From: Leptogorgia sarmentosa
Taxonomy: Eukaryota
Length of the DNA stretch: 64,000 bases
NCBI GenBank assembly: GCA_964658305.1
Contig: OZ210885.1
Span: 12,028,001 to 12,092,000, forward strand
Direction: 5' to 3'
In this document: one piece after another, positions 11,661 through 24,191 of the stretch
Layout of the letters: each line of letters opens with the position of its first letter
How positions within the stretch are numbered: position 1 is the stretch's first letter
Made by a program: the position numbers and the translations under genes
Notes under the pieces: generated by a model
Seen by the model: the letters and a program-made list of their open reading frames with translations, nothing else
Database searches by the model: none
Told to the model about the DNA's origin: nothing

Positions 11661-12439
11661 TGTTGTAAACAACTTAAATAAATAATCATGTTAGGTCCCG
11701 TTCCACATTTCCATTACGTACAGTAGTATTTTTAATTACTCGTGCATTGAAACATCTTGAAAGTTGAAAGGCACGAGACAGTCTTTATTGCAATTATGAT
11801 AATTTGGTGTAATATTTACTTAACACATCAACAGCACGCGCGTGCTTGAGAATAGCACTATTGTGTCGCTGAAATTTTCAAATGTAGAGGAAATCACTTG
11901 ATATAAAATATAATATCTACTCATTCTATTACTTCATTGTCAAATAAGAATGAACATTCGCACCTCATGAAAATGTGCTTGAAAATCTGGTGTTTTATAA
12001 AGTCTGCCTCGTGTGCGGCAAGCTTAGGTTGAACTCGTTTATCATACATAATTATTTAAGTCAATTAGTTAATAATTTTGTCATTTCGAAACAACTTGAG
12101 AACACCTGACATTGCGAGACATTAAGGAAAGATTATTTCGCAGCCCAGGTGATTAGTGCAAGCGAAAAGCCAGTCTCTTCATAACCAGGATCACAATACA
12201 ATATTTACTGTTGGTCGGAACTTGCATTTCAGAAAATTTAACGTATGTTGTCATAAGTGCGCTGCTGTCTGGAGTTTTCCATGCCTTTTCTCGTATCCTA
12301 TCACGATGCCCCTTCCCCTGTTTTATGATAATTTAGAAAATCTACTTAGACATGTCAATACTACTCATTTTAAATACTTCGTATTCTTGGCAAAGGCGTT
12401 ATTGTTACGTTTAAGTTTTTCAGAAGAAGTCGCTTCGAT

Positions 12440-13321
12440 ATGGAATCCATTTATTTCATCAACCTGATGTTCATATTTGTCTTGAACGTATTATTCTTTT
12501 TCTCAGGAATATGTCTAAACTCCGTGGTCATTATTAGTTTCTCGAGATCAGTACAACTGCAAAAGAAATTATGTCATTTCATGATAATGGCGTTGTCATG
12601 TTGCGACTTGCTTGCGGTCGCTACTAATAATTCATCGATAGGCGTGATTGCGATTTTGTTAATGACTGGAAATTTGGACAAGAATGCTAGATGGCCTCCC
12701 ACCGTTTCAAGGACCGCAAATATTTTTCTCGGATTTTCCTTGCTCGCTCTTTTGGTGATGAACTTTGATCGATATTTGGCGACATCTTATCCCCTCTTCC
12801 ATCGGACATCGGTAACGAAGAACAGACTTTTAACTCTTCTTGCAATAATAATGATGATCGAAATAATTTCGGCAGCGATATCTGTCGACGACTCCGTAAT
12901 TTCACACGAAATGCATACTTTGATTTTTTTCATTCTTGTTTCGCCTCCAATGTTGTTTCTCAACTACAAACTACTTTTAGTAGTCCGGAAAAATCGCAGG
13001 GGCAACCGGGCATCGCCTGAGGGGAAAAAGTCGTTTTCGTTAAAAAATATTTCAAGTTGTTTGCTGGCAGTCGCATGTTATGTGACGCTATCCATTCCTG
13101 TGTTCGTGTATGTTGGCATAAAGATGAATTCGAGAAATAAAGTGTTCACTTCAGACAGTACAGACTTGGCAGCATACTGGGCTATAACGATAATTTCGAT
13201 GAATTCTACATTCAACTGTTTAATCTTCTTCTGGAAGAACAAAGTTTTACGTACCGAGGGTTTGAAAATTTTTAAAAGCATGAAGATTCAACGATGTGTT
13301 CAATCGCAGCCTGACCAATAA
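12440..13321 (+). CDS. Intronless class A GPCR
   Basis: 293-aa ORF with seven hydrophobic helices: GICLN, LSCCD, NFDRYLA and NSTFNCLIFFWKN. Confidence 0.9.
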   Translation: MESIYFINLMFIFVLNVLFFFSGICLNSVVIISFSRSVQLQKKLCHFMIMALSCCDLLAVATNNSSIGVIAILLMTGNLDKNARWPPTVSRTANIFLGFSLLALLVMNFDRYLATSYPLFHRTSVTKNRLLTLLAIIMMIEIISAAISVDDSVISHEMHTLIFFILVSPPMLFLNYKLLLVVRKNRRGNRASPEGKKSFSLKNISSCLLAVACYVTLSIPVFVYVGIKMNSRNKVFTSDSTDLAAYWAITIISMNSTFNCLIFFWKNKVLRTEGLKIFKSMKIQRCVQSQPDQ

Positions 13322-13524
13322 ACCTTCCCAAAATTGTTGTTGAGGCTTTTGGCTGTCAAACTTCCGTGACTAACGCTGTTGTGGACTTGAGGTATATAGT
13401 AGATACAATTTACCCCAAACCAAAAGCATTTTAAAAAATTTAACATTGGTAGTAGAAATAGTAGTAGAAATGAGAAACAAAAATTCATTACATTTCTGGA
13501 GTGATTCAACGAAAGGAAATGATG

Positions 13525-13947
13525 GCGCAGCTGCTAATTTTCTTTCCGTAAGCAATCGAAAGCATCCCAAGCCTTCCGTGCGTGTAACGGCGCGTACTTC
13601 ATATGTTGAATTCCTTTATAAAGCATTTTTACGAGAAATTTTGTCGAGCTTCGGTGGTGTAGCGAGGTTCTGGTCCAGATCCCTGTTAAACGACACCCGG
13701 TTCGATTCTTGAATGTTGGTCAATGTTTTATTGGTTTTGTTTTGCGTTTTTTTTTCTAACTTTCTTTCAAACATTTTGCTGTTAGGGTCAGAACAGTGTT
13801 TGGGTTTGGATTAGAAAAGAAAAATGAAGAGAAAAGGCTCCATTTTTGGTTTAAAGTCGGAATTGTACAACCCGCAATTTTTGCCGCCCGCAAAATAGTC
13901 CGCATGGGATGCTTTCAATTTCTTACGGGAAAAAAATTGCGGCGCGG
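13525..13947. mobile_element. Inverted-repeat element with internal tRNA-like A/B boxes
   Basis: IR TTTCCGTAAGCAATCGAAAGCATCCC / GGGATGCTTTCAATTTTCTTACGGGAAA. Internal GGTGGTGTAGCGAGG ... GGTTCGATTC. Confidence 0.6.
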
Positions 13948-14077
13948 CTGTGTGCCTATAATAAGTGCATGCATCCAAGGAAACATTTGAAAAGTTTATG
14001 TTGTTGTCAAGACATCTCAATTGTTACCAAATCGATACTTTGAGGAAACTTGGACTTACATATCTCATTGAAAATTA

Positions 14078-14207
14078 GGCCCGTTTTAGACGTCGAATTT
14101 CCGTCGCGTCGAATGCAATTCAAACAATAGTTAATGAGCTGAGTTATCTCATTATCTATTGTTTGAATTGCATTCGATGCGACGGAAATTCGACGTCTAA
14201 AACGGGC
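14078..14207. mobile_element. Tourist/Harbinger-like palindromic MITE (copy 1)
   Basis: Near-perfect 130-bp palindrome GGCCCGTTTTAGACGTCG...; TSD TTA. Confidence 0.9.
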
Positions 14208-14839
14208 CTTACCTCGTAAACTGTGTCCACTAATTGTGACAATATTCATTCAATGCCTTCGAATCACTCCTGAGATATTAGTTTAGCTATCTTCTTTTCC
14301 TTATAAGTTTTAAGCACGCTTGCTGTATTTAGGAAATGCAGACGCCTGAAATCGTCACATTGTATTATTACGTGCCTAGTATAACTCGTTTTAGAATAAA
14401 TAGAAAACATATAGTGAGTTGACGACATATGATATAAACACATGAAATCAAAATATTGTGGTCATAAATAATCTTAAGTCGTAAATCCTTAACACAATGC
14501 ACTGTGGTTTAATTTTTGAGCACTAATTGTAAGTTACTTGTCTTTAAAAGTGACATTTGCCAAAGTATGTATTTAGTGAAATATTATATTAATTGAACAA
14601 CAATAGAATTATAGAAACACTTCAATATGAGAAAAACTGCAAGTTGTTCTCTACTCAAACAAGCCTGACATCTTTTGCGTTCGTTCAACTTCTTTGGCTA
14701 GATATTCTATTTGTTTTTAATTGAACACCGTACTCTTTACAAACAATAACCCTTCCTTGAAAAAAAAAACTATTTAATAACTAAGGAAAAAAATTTAATA
14801 ACAAGTGTTAAAGAACGTTATGAAGGATCAATAGTATTT

Positions 14840-15272
14840 CATATTATACCTCAATTTCAAATTGTCCAATGAGAAAGCCCAGTTTGCGACACGTGAGCAT
14901 GAAATGAAACACGATATCAAGCCTTACGTCATCATTTTGCGAGCCTGCGTTCCTTTTGACAATATTCCACCCCATATTCACCGGGAAATATGGGGTGGAA
15001 TATTATTCGTGTCTAACACGCGAGACAACACGCACTTAGCATAGCTATGGAAAATGGCGGGAGAGCAAAACTCGGACGAAGAAATAAATAGACTTCTTGA
15101 AAACAAAGATGAAAAATGTTTTGTTCGGTATAATATATCATTTATACACCCTCCGCTCGGGGGATTCGGCGATATTTCCCTCAGTTATGATATTTTCTTC
15201 TTGATATTATGATCACTTCGGGAAATATTACGCCGAATCCCCCTCGCTCCGGGTCTATAAATGATAAATATT
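14840..15272 (+). mobile_element. Non-autonomous hairpin-ended element (Crypton/DUF3504-associated type)
   Basis: Short coding relic MAGEQNSDEEINRLLENKDEK, then a long hairpin ending GGGTCTATAAATGATAAATATT. The same end recurs at about 53350-53372. Confidence 0.5.
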
Positions 15273-15370
15273 CGCACCCGTGCGGGTTACTGGTCATATG
15301 GTTTTGTAGGGGGGTTGAATTTTTCATGAATGAGAAAATCATTAGCTATATTCAAAGGGCAATAACCTGC

Positions 15371-15842
15371 CTTGTTATATAGTTGGTGTCAAAGTTCAAT
15401 TTTCCTGTTTGCTGATTGGACAAAACCGTATCACGTGCCGGTCCACAAAACGTCATGTTCGCCAACCAGTCAAAAATCAAAAAATTATTGACCGGGCAAC
15501 AATTAAATGGGCACAATGCGCATGCGCGTCAACCGTGAAGTCCAAAGTTCATTCAATCGTACGATGTTTTGAAATTTTTACGATGTTTTGATGGCGTAAG
15601 GCGTCCCATTCAATGTCTGTTTTTTGGTTTCAAGGTTCACTCCAGTATTAAACCGGTGAATTCATTCATATTTTGACACTAAACTATATAACAAAACACT
15701 TATTTACTGAAACCTCGAGAAACATTGTGTTTTGTGGCCCCTCGACCGCCATTGTTGCCCTCGGCTTCGCCTTGGGCAACAACGGCGGTCTCGGGGCCAC
15801 AAAACACAATGTTTCCCTCGGTCTCAGTAAATAAGTGATAAT
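15371..15842 (+). mobile_element. Element with subterminal IR plus terminal hairpin
   Basis: TTGTTATATAGTTGGTGTCAAA / TTTGACACTAAACTATATAACAA, then a hairpin of about 140 bp centred on CTCGGCTTCGCCTTG. Confidence 0.75.
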
Positions 15843-17032
15843 TCGTTGGTTCATCAGAGGCGTTTCCAAGGGGGAGAAGGTAAGGGGGAGCTTAGCCTCT
15901 CCCCCCCCCCCCCCCGCCCCAATGATGCGAAAAATCATTTTTATGAAAAGCTGAAATTCGGGTAAAAATTAGCGGGGGGGTGATGTATAAAAATCAGGTA
16001 TTTCCTTATCCTGCACTAAATGGTCTTTAGAATTATGCAAAATCGCACCCCAGAAAATAACCTGTTGAGGAACTTTAGGACTTACTCCGGAGGAGCATGC
16101 CCCCGTTTCACGGGCTAAGAGAATACCATCCCAAGACCCTCGAATGTTCTTTTGGCGACAGGCCACGTAACCAGTAATAATTTTATGTTATTCTATAACT
16201 GTACGTTACTCCGTGGATTTATTACGGATATATTGGTTGAAGCCGGTGCGCTAGAAAATTAACATTCAAAAGGACTGAGGAGAGTTTTTTTTCACCCGGC
16301 TTGTTATTGAGAAAAAGTTGGCACGAAATACACGGTTTTTAGCAGAAAAACATCAATGTTTTGAATTCACAGGTTTCCTGTTCAGATCCAACTGCTTTGC
16401 GTTCTTCCGCCGCCAAAATTGAGGATTTTTACTTTTATATTTAAAAAAAATGGCTATGTTTCGATGTGTCAGAAAAAACTTTTCTCTTCAACCAACAAAA
16501 TTATATATTTTGAAACGACTAGAAAGTCCTAAATCTGTTTTGTAACGAGCGCCAGGTATTCTCTCTTAGCTTAAATAGTCTATCACCTGAGACCGGGTTT
16601 TTCATGAAATGGGCTCACTCACGGGGACCAAATCCAATATGCAAAAAACTTTAGTTTGGTCATTAGGGTTTATGAAAATGGGTGTTGGACATCATAGATT
16701 TACAGCTTTCATAATTTTTTTTGAGGTCAAAGGTAAGCATATAGCCACGCTTCAAAGACGCCATTTTGAATTCGCTTCCTTCAACAGTTCTGTTTATTAA
16801 TACTCTTTCAATATTAAACCTATATGTCTTCTATCAAACCTAACATATCATTAATATGGATACATGTCAGCAGTCTTTCCACAAAAAATGCCTCGTTTTC
16901 ATGCTAGAACCCAGTCTCTTCTCGGAAAATATATGTCCGCCATTTTGGATTTGTGTGCTCTGTAAGTACTCAAAATTATTGCTTAAATTTGCTAAACAAA
17001 AATGAAATTGTACGCCTTTCATCATTTTAAAT

Positions 17033-20000
17033 ATGGATAAGAATCTTAGATGTGTAATTTGTGAAAAGAATGATGTAAATTTAAGTGAAATCAAAGATTT
17101 GAAAGGTTGGAGAACACTTTTAAATGCTGCAGAGATCAGAGGCCATCAAGGGATCCTAGATCTTAAAAATGAAGATGATGAAGATGCGTTACCTGATATA
17201 CAAATTAAGTACCATAAAACCTGCAGATCTATAATTTCACTCGTAAGAAGAGTATTCTCAAATTTACTGACACTACAACTGAGTCAGCAGTGGTTGAACC
17301 TGAACAGCCAATACGAAAGAGTCAAAGAACTCAAGAAAGTACCGATGTTTTACCTGATCTTTGTATGTTTTGTAAAAAACTTAAGTATTTATCAAAATCA
17401 TCAACTCGAGAAAAAATAAGAAGTTGCATGGAATTAAGGACAGACGAAACAATTCGACGTTGTGCTGTGTTACACATTGAAAGGTCTACAGAGTTAAGTT
17501 CAGTAGCTAAAAAAGTATTACCTTTATGTTGTAAAGACTTGGTTTCAAGCGAAGCAAAATATCATCCTTCTTGTTACAAAAGTTTTGTTCGAATAAGTTA
17601 TTCAGCTTCTTCTGGAGGTGTCTCTGGGAGTGAAACTAGTTTAAAGACAGAATATGACGAGGGAAGTAAAATTGATGATGTATATCGCTCAGTATATAAC
17701 TTTTGTCGTGAGCTGATAGAAAAACCTAAGGTCATTAACATAGACGTAATCAAAAATATAATGCAAAATGAATCAAAAAATCTGAACTTCGAAATGCCGC
17801 AATCACATTTCAAGAACCTCACAAGAAAGCTGTCGAACAAGTTTAATGATCAATTGCATTTTGTTACTGTTTCAAAGACTATTCGAGTTTATCCAAACAC
17901 TTTAGCGAAAGACGTCCTAGTTTGTGAAAACTACAGGTACAAAGACGAGCTGGACTCTTTAAAGGCTTTAGACGACAATAGCCTTAAGAAACTTAACACT
18001 GATATTACTTCGCTTCAGCCTCAAATGTCATGGCCACCTAAAGTACAGGATCTTCAAACATGCAAAGTTTTAGATTATATTCCTCAGTCACTGGATATGT
18101 TCTGCACTGTACTACTCTATGGCGAAACTGTTGAAGGAAACAAAAGTAAAGGAGAAAGGGTTACACGTCTTAAGTTTTCTTTGAGTCAAGATATAGTTTA
18201 CTCGGTTTCTAATGGAAAAATTAAAACCCCTAAAAGTGTTCTTTTTCCCTCCGTTGTTAAGTCGTTATGCAATAACTCTGAAGTTATCAAAATCATAAAT
18301 CAATATGGTCATGGCATAAGTTACAATTTAATAGAAGAGATCGAGACCGAGCATGCTTTAGACATTTTAAATGAGCAAAAGGACAAAAGGGTATTAATCC
18401 CTAAAGAAATAAAAAAAGAAGGCAACGATTCTCCTGTCGCGCTAATGATCGCTGACAATATCGACAATCTTGAAAACACTTTAACTGGCGGAGGAACTTC
18501 TCACAGGGTGAATTCTATTTTGGTGAAGAAGCGTAAGCGTGTGATTGAAGACGAACCTGCCAACAACGATGAATGTAATAGGCCATCAAAGAAAAAATGC
18601 CTAAGGACCCTACCTTCTGAAAGTATTCATAAGGAATTCCCGGACTACTATGGTGGAGCACGTGTGGGTCCTGGAAAGCTTGAACACGTATCTGACGTCC
18701 ATAAAGGTACAAACTATAGTAGAAGAGTCCATAGACAACGAAAGAAATATTTAGTTTGGCTAGAAGTTCGTAAGCTTAAAACTCACCCAACTCTGCTAGT
18801 TCCTGGGTGGACAGGTTTTCACATTAGTATTAGAAATAACTTGGTCATTGTTGACAGTGTTGTGTCTTATCTGGACACTTTAGACTCTCCCGCAACGGAT
18901 CTGAAAACTGTTTATGAAGTATTGTGTAGGGCTTGTGAGATAAGAGAAAGATTAAGTCTTGATTGTGTTGCTTGTGTATTTGATCAAGCTTTTTATGCAA
19001 AAGCAACAGAGATTTATTGGAAGCACAAAGATGTATTTAAAGATGTTATCGTTATGCTTGGCGGATTTCATCTCATGATGATGTTGTTTGGTATCATTGG
19101 ATGTCGTTTTGGCGATGCTGGTCTTCGAGAACTTGCTATTCAGAGTGAACTAATAGCCGAAGGATCTATTGATAGCGTGCTGAGCGGCAAACAATATAAC
19201 AGGGCTGTACGCCTTCACAAGATTGTGTACGAAGCTCTCATGAAATTGCTTATCCTTGTGTTTGAATCATCTGCACCTGATGAGACCCAAGAGCTCATGG
19301 CACAGCATACTGAGACTCTTGAAAATCTAAAGTTAGATATGTGCAAAGAATCATTTGAAGAAGTACTCAATAGTGATGTATTTGATAAGTGGTATCAAAT
19401 GTTTGATAGTTTTACAAACGATGTGAAGGATAAAGGGAACGACCTTAGCAAATTTTGGTTATCTTACCTTGAACTTACGGATTACGGCATTGAATCTGAT
19501 TTACGCAACCCGTACAGGCGACTGGGAGTTATATCTATCGTGTGTAGAGGAAGTTATTCCATGGGCATTTGCCTATGATCGTCAAAACTATGCAAGATAT
19601 TTAATTCCCTATGTGAATGATATGCGTAAATTGCCATCTTCAAAACCTCAAGTTCACGAAGCATTTGTAAATGGCGAGTTCAACGTACAAATCGGAAAGG
19701 TTAATCCTTTTGGCTGTATTGAAGCTGATAAAGCTATTGAAATGACGATCAACCGGGATTGCAAGACAGCTGGTGGCTATATTGGGTTCAGTGCAAATGT
19801 CTCAGCAACTCAACGTTGGGTGTTAAACGCATCTCGCCGAGGTACCTACAAGCAACTACTGAGGGAGCACCTTTCAATTCAGCAAAAAGGCTCAGTACAC
19901 AAAGAGCTTGCTCCGTCTCGTACACGTAGAGACATCGAAGCAGTAGACAAGGTTATCGATGTTATAGAGAATGTCTTTATTAATCCATGGACTGGAACAG

Positions 20001-21709
20001 AATTTACAAGTTTATCAAGTGGTGTTGAAGCAACTGGTGATGTCAAAGAAGATTTGTTGGAGGCCCAAAGCATTGGAAAAAATTCATGCAAGGAATTTGT
20101 AAACTGTCGCTGTCTCCCCAATTCAAAGCTTGGCTTCTTTGACCCTCTCAAGAAGAACTCACTTAAAACCTTCAAAGATATGAAGAAAGTCACTAAAGTG
20201 AAAACCAAAGATCTCGTAATGCCTTTAAAGATGGACAAGAATCTTTTTGCTAGAATGGCACTTCTGGGACAGTTCCGAAAGATTGACCTTAAGCTGGTAT
20301 TCACCTTTCCCCTCGGACCTCTTCCATGGTCATTGTCAAATCCTTATGGACTTCCAAGGAAGACAAATAAAGCTCAGTTACTGCATCTTTTGGAGAAAGA
20401 TGTTCCAATCGCCGAAAGGTGAGTAGCTTTCATGTAATTGGCTGACGTAATCAATATCAATAAATATTTTTTTTTTCTATAATAATATTTTAGTTATCCT
20501 GATGTATGCAGTATTTTTGATGGTATGGCTCTCCTGCAGAAGTTCAAGCTTTCTGCTGGTGCAACATTCGGTGTTCTTGCAGAAAGAGTTCTGGACATAG
20601 TAATCAATTCCTCCAGACAAAGAATAGATGTAGTTTTTGACGTCTATAAGAACGTGTCAATCAAAAACGCTGAAAGATCAAGACGCACTGAAGAATTCTC
20701 TAAGGGAACAAGGTATAAAATATACACATGCCATTTAATTGACTAGCTATGTAATTAATTAGAATAAATATGTTTATTCATTCAAGGTATAAGAACTTGC
20801 AGCCTGGATTCCCTATTAAGTCTTGGAAGAATTTCTTGGCTCTTTCCTGCAACAAAACGGAGATTGTAAAATTTCTTGTTTCCTTCTGGAAGAAACCAGA
20901 GTGTACTGCAAAGCTTGGGCAGCGAGTGCTCTATGTCACCCAAGAAGAAGAATGCTGGAAGCTAACATCGTCCAATATTGATATTGTACCAGAGTTGAGG
21001 TGTAGTCACGAAGAAGCCGACACAGGAATAATCTTGCATGCTAAACACACTGAGAGCCCATTCATCGTGCACGCAGACGATACCGATGTGTTGCTTCTTC
21101 TTGTTGGACACAGTAACAGCCTTAACAGAGTTGTATACATGAAAATGGGTAGAGGATTGAAGACCAGAATAGTTCCAATTAACCTCATAATAGATAAACT
21201 CTCCAAAGAAGTCCAACCTGTTACAACTGCAGATGATTTCGTAGAGTCTCTCATTGGATTACATGCTTTCACAGGTGTGTATAAGTATATATATAAGACT
21301 CTTTAAAACAATATAATTTTATAAGGTATAATGAAAGATTGTTCGACCCATATTCTAAACTTATTTATCAATTGCTTGATAATTCATAGGTTGTGATTCT
21401 GTGTCATCATTTGCTGGGAAAGGGAAGACTAAGGCTTTTAAGTTGCTGAAAGATAACCCGAAATATGTACGAGCGTTCATGTTGCTAGGACGTTCTTGGG
21501 ATGTAGACGATGAACTCTTTGATGTACTTGAGGAGTTCCTGTGCGACCTTTATGGGAAGAAAGGGAGAGTGAGTAGCGTTAATTTGCTAAGATATCAACT
21601 GCATTGTGCCAAAGGTGGAAACGTGGAGCCCGAGTTATTGCCTCCATGGCAGTCCTCTCTGAAACTACATGTATCAAGATCCAACTACCAAGCAGCTATA
21701 TTGTTGTGA
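17033..21709 (+). mobile_element. Academ-superfamily transposase pseudogene (three introns, two frameshifts, 3' truncated)
   Basis: Motifs AKYHPSCY, ADNID..E.T..G.GTSH, PGWTGF, FDQAFY, LGGFH, YNRAVRLH, GDW, YDRQNYARY, EMTINRDCK, FDVY...SIKNAER, HEEADT, DTDV, LHAFTGCD and LPP...H..RSNYQA. GT-AG introns at 20419-20493, 20713-20786 and 21275-21389 restore the frame. Frameshifts near 17235 and 19480. Confidence 0.85.
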
Positions 21710-21957
21710 AACGATTACTATAGGGTTGTGAAACGATTTTGAATCTTGCTCGAAAGATAAGCAATAAATTTCCTTTTGAGGTTGTAAAATACTTCAGTTC
21801 TAGCTGCTGGCAAGAAGAACAAACTAAACGCAGCACCCGATCAGCATGTTTGATTTCACGCCGGCTGAAAGCCGCAAAAAATGTCACCGTTTGCTCGGCT
21901 GCCAGCCGGGTTGTCTGTAGCCTGCGCGCAGTCCACTGAGCTAAAGAAAGACTGAAG

Positions 21958-22373
21958 AGAGTGCACCATTGAACTATATATAACTGGAAGGCTACCTTAA
22001 TATTAACGACAGAGCAAAAACTGAAGCCAAAATTTTGCGTGGAATTACCCCCAGACACGCGTGTCTGATGTATATAACTGATGTAAATCAATATGAAAAA
22101 ACTCACATTTTCACGTACCCACTTTTTTTTCAATGCGATCGGCAAAAAATGATCAACTGCGCAAGCTTGGCAAGTTTAAATTTAGTCGTCATCAGGTCGT
22201 CATCCAATCAGATGCCCGCATCTAGTAACTTGCCGAGCATGCGCACAAAAATAGTGGGTACAACAGTTACATCTCTGTATGATATATACTCTGTGCCGAT
22301 ATTGCATATTTCGGCTTCAAATTTCCGGCCGGAAGTAGCCTTTCAGTTTTATTTAGTTCAATGGAGTGCACTC
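21958..22373. mobile_element. MITE-like inverted-repeat element
   Basis: GAGTGCACCATTGAACTATATATAACTGGAAGGCTAC pairs with GTAGCCTTTCAGTTTTATTTAGTTCAATGGAGTGCACTC. Confidence 0.7.
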
Positions 22374-22428
22374 GACTTTTTCCATACAAAGGGGTGAAGC
22401 CAGAAACATGGCGGATTTTACCGTTGCT

Positions 22429-22791
22429 GACGCCACTGGTTCCTATTTCTCATATAATTTCCACTGACCAACAGCGGTCTCATGTTTCCGACGACGATTT
22501 TCCCTCTTTGTTTTTGTAAAAAAAGCCGAAATTTTGTTTTTATGTTGAAAAAATCAACACGAAAAGGTAGAATATTTGCACGGCTGAAACGGTTTTTAAC
22601 TAACTAGAATAGATGTCGCCACTTCTTCAGTCGTCTTGAAGGCAGCAAATGATATCAGAATGTCAAAAAAGGAAGAAAAACCGAAAAATCCTTTGTAAAA
22701 AACAAAATATTTTCGCCAAAACAAATCTTTAGTGGGCTCAAAGTTAGTTGTGGTCAGTGGTGCTCCAATGAAAATTAGGAACCAGTGGCGT
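22429..22791. mobile_element. MITE-like inverted-repeat element
   Basis: ACGCCACTGGTTCCTA...CCACTGACCA pairs with TGGTCAGTGG...TAGGAACCAGTGGCGT. Confidence 0.6.
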
Positions 22792-23840
22792 GGATATGAC
22801 GTGGCATGCATGAATCCACGCCATAATTTTGGCTTCACTTTTTGATGCCGTGCATTCTCTCCAGTAATTCTTTAGCTCAGTGGCGCAGTCTCAACGGGGG
22901 CGGGGAGGAGTTAAAATTGCGCCATTAGTTATTGGTTGATTGAGAAGGCTGTATCAGACCATATTGCAGTTGAATGCTCTAACTGAGCATTCTGGATGAC
23001 TTTTTTGCTAACTCGTTAAAAACACAGTGGTTTTCGCTTGTCAAATGAAATATGAATTGTCGGGCATTAGAATGTGTCCAAAGATAAAGTAGTACTGATC
23101 AAGGTGTATTTTCAATTTAATGGGTAAGTCATGGCTATCTGTAAAACCCGGAACGGGGAATCGGGGAACGGAACGAGGAACGGGAAAACCCGGAACGAGA
23201 AAAGCCGGAATCTGTAAAACCCGGAACATGAAAAGCCGGAATCTGTAAAACCCGGAACATGAAAAGCCGGAATCTGTAAAACCCGGAACATAAAAAGCCG
23301 GAATCTGTAAAACCCGGAACATGAAAAGCCGGAATCTGTAAAACCCGGAACATAAAAAGCCGGAATCTGTAAAACCCGGAACGAGGTTTTACGGCAAAAT
23401 GGTAAAAATAATGTAAAATGCACTTTTGACTACACTTGTTATGCAACCTACCACGCAGATACATAGAGATGAAAACATTTTCGCACGAGTGCACTGTGCA
23501 CCATAGCTAAAACTTCTCATTTATCCGGATTTCGTGCTCTATGATATTTTATACACTGCAATAAAAATCTGTCAGACTTGCCGGATGAGCCATACACCTT
23601 TGATAGGTACAAACGATAATACTATGAATCATATATGACTCTAAGTCTCTAACATATACTCACATAGTCAGAGAGATAGAAGTGAAAGAAAAACGCAGCA
23701 TAATAAGGTAGTACTTTCAAACCTACGCAAAGAATAAACTGGCATGAATCAACAGCAGGGCGCAGTCGAACTCTTAATAAGCCGTGGGATGAGCATCGAA
23801 AATGTGCTTAGAAAACAGATTCCTTTGAACCCCAATATAA

Positions 23841-23982
23841 GGCCTGTTTCATACGTCGAACTTTAGTCGCGTCGAACGCAATTAAAACAATAGATAATGA
23901 GATAACTTGCCTCATTATCAGCTCATTATCCTTTGTCTGAATTGCATTCGACGCGACTAAAGTTCGACGTTTGAAACAGGCC
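23841..23982. mobile_element. Tourist/Harbinger-like palindromic MITE (copy 2)
   Basis: GGCCTGTTTCATACGTCGAAC ... GTTCGACGTTTGAAACAGGCC; TSD TAA. Confidence 0.9.
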
Positions 23983-24191
23983 TAACTTATTACAGCGTTC
24001 CGCGCGCACAACCTTAACACGCGCATAGCTGTCTAAAGGCTTGCGCCCGTTTTAGCTCCTTTATACTTGAATTAATTAATTATTTTCGAACTAATCTTCG
24101 AGCAAGTCTGCTAGGGATTGTCTCCCTTTGGCCTGGCCTTTGTTTCGCTCAACAACAGACAAAATCACAAATCACGTTGATTTTACAAAAA

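Noticed and set aside
16170..22840. Terminal inverted repeats for the Academ element
   Set aside because: I found no match between the upstream and downstream flanks. The downstream IRs pair locally and belong to separate small elements.
23041..23494. Repetitive ORFs in the 31-bp arrays (also 27627-28130)
   Set aside because: They are products of tandem repeats in the foldback arms and are open in several frames.
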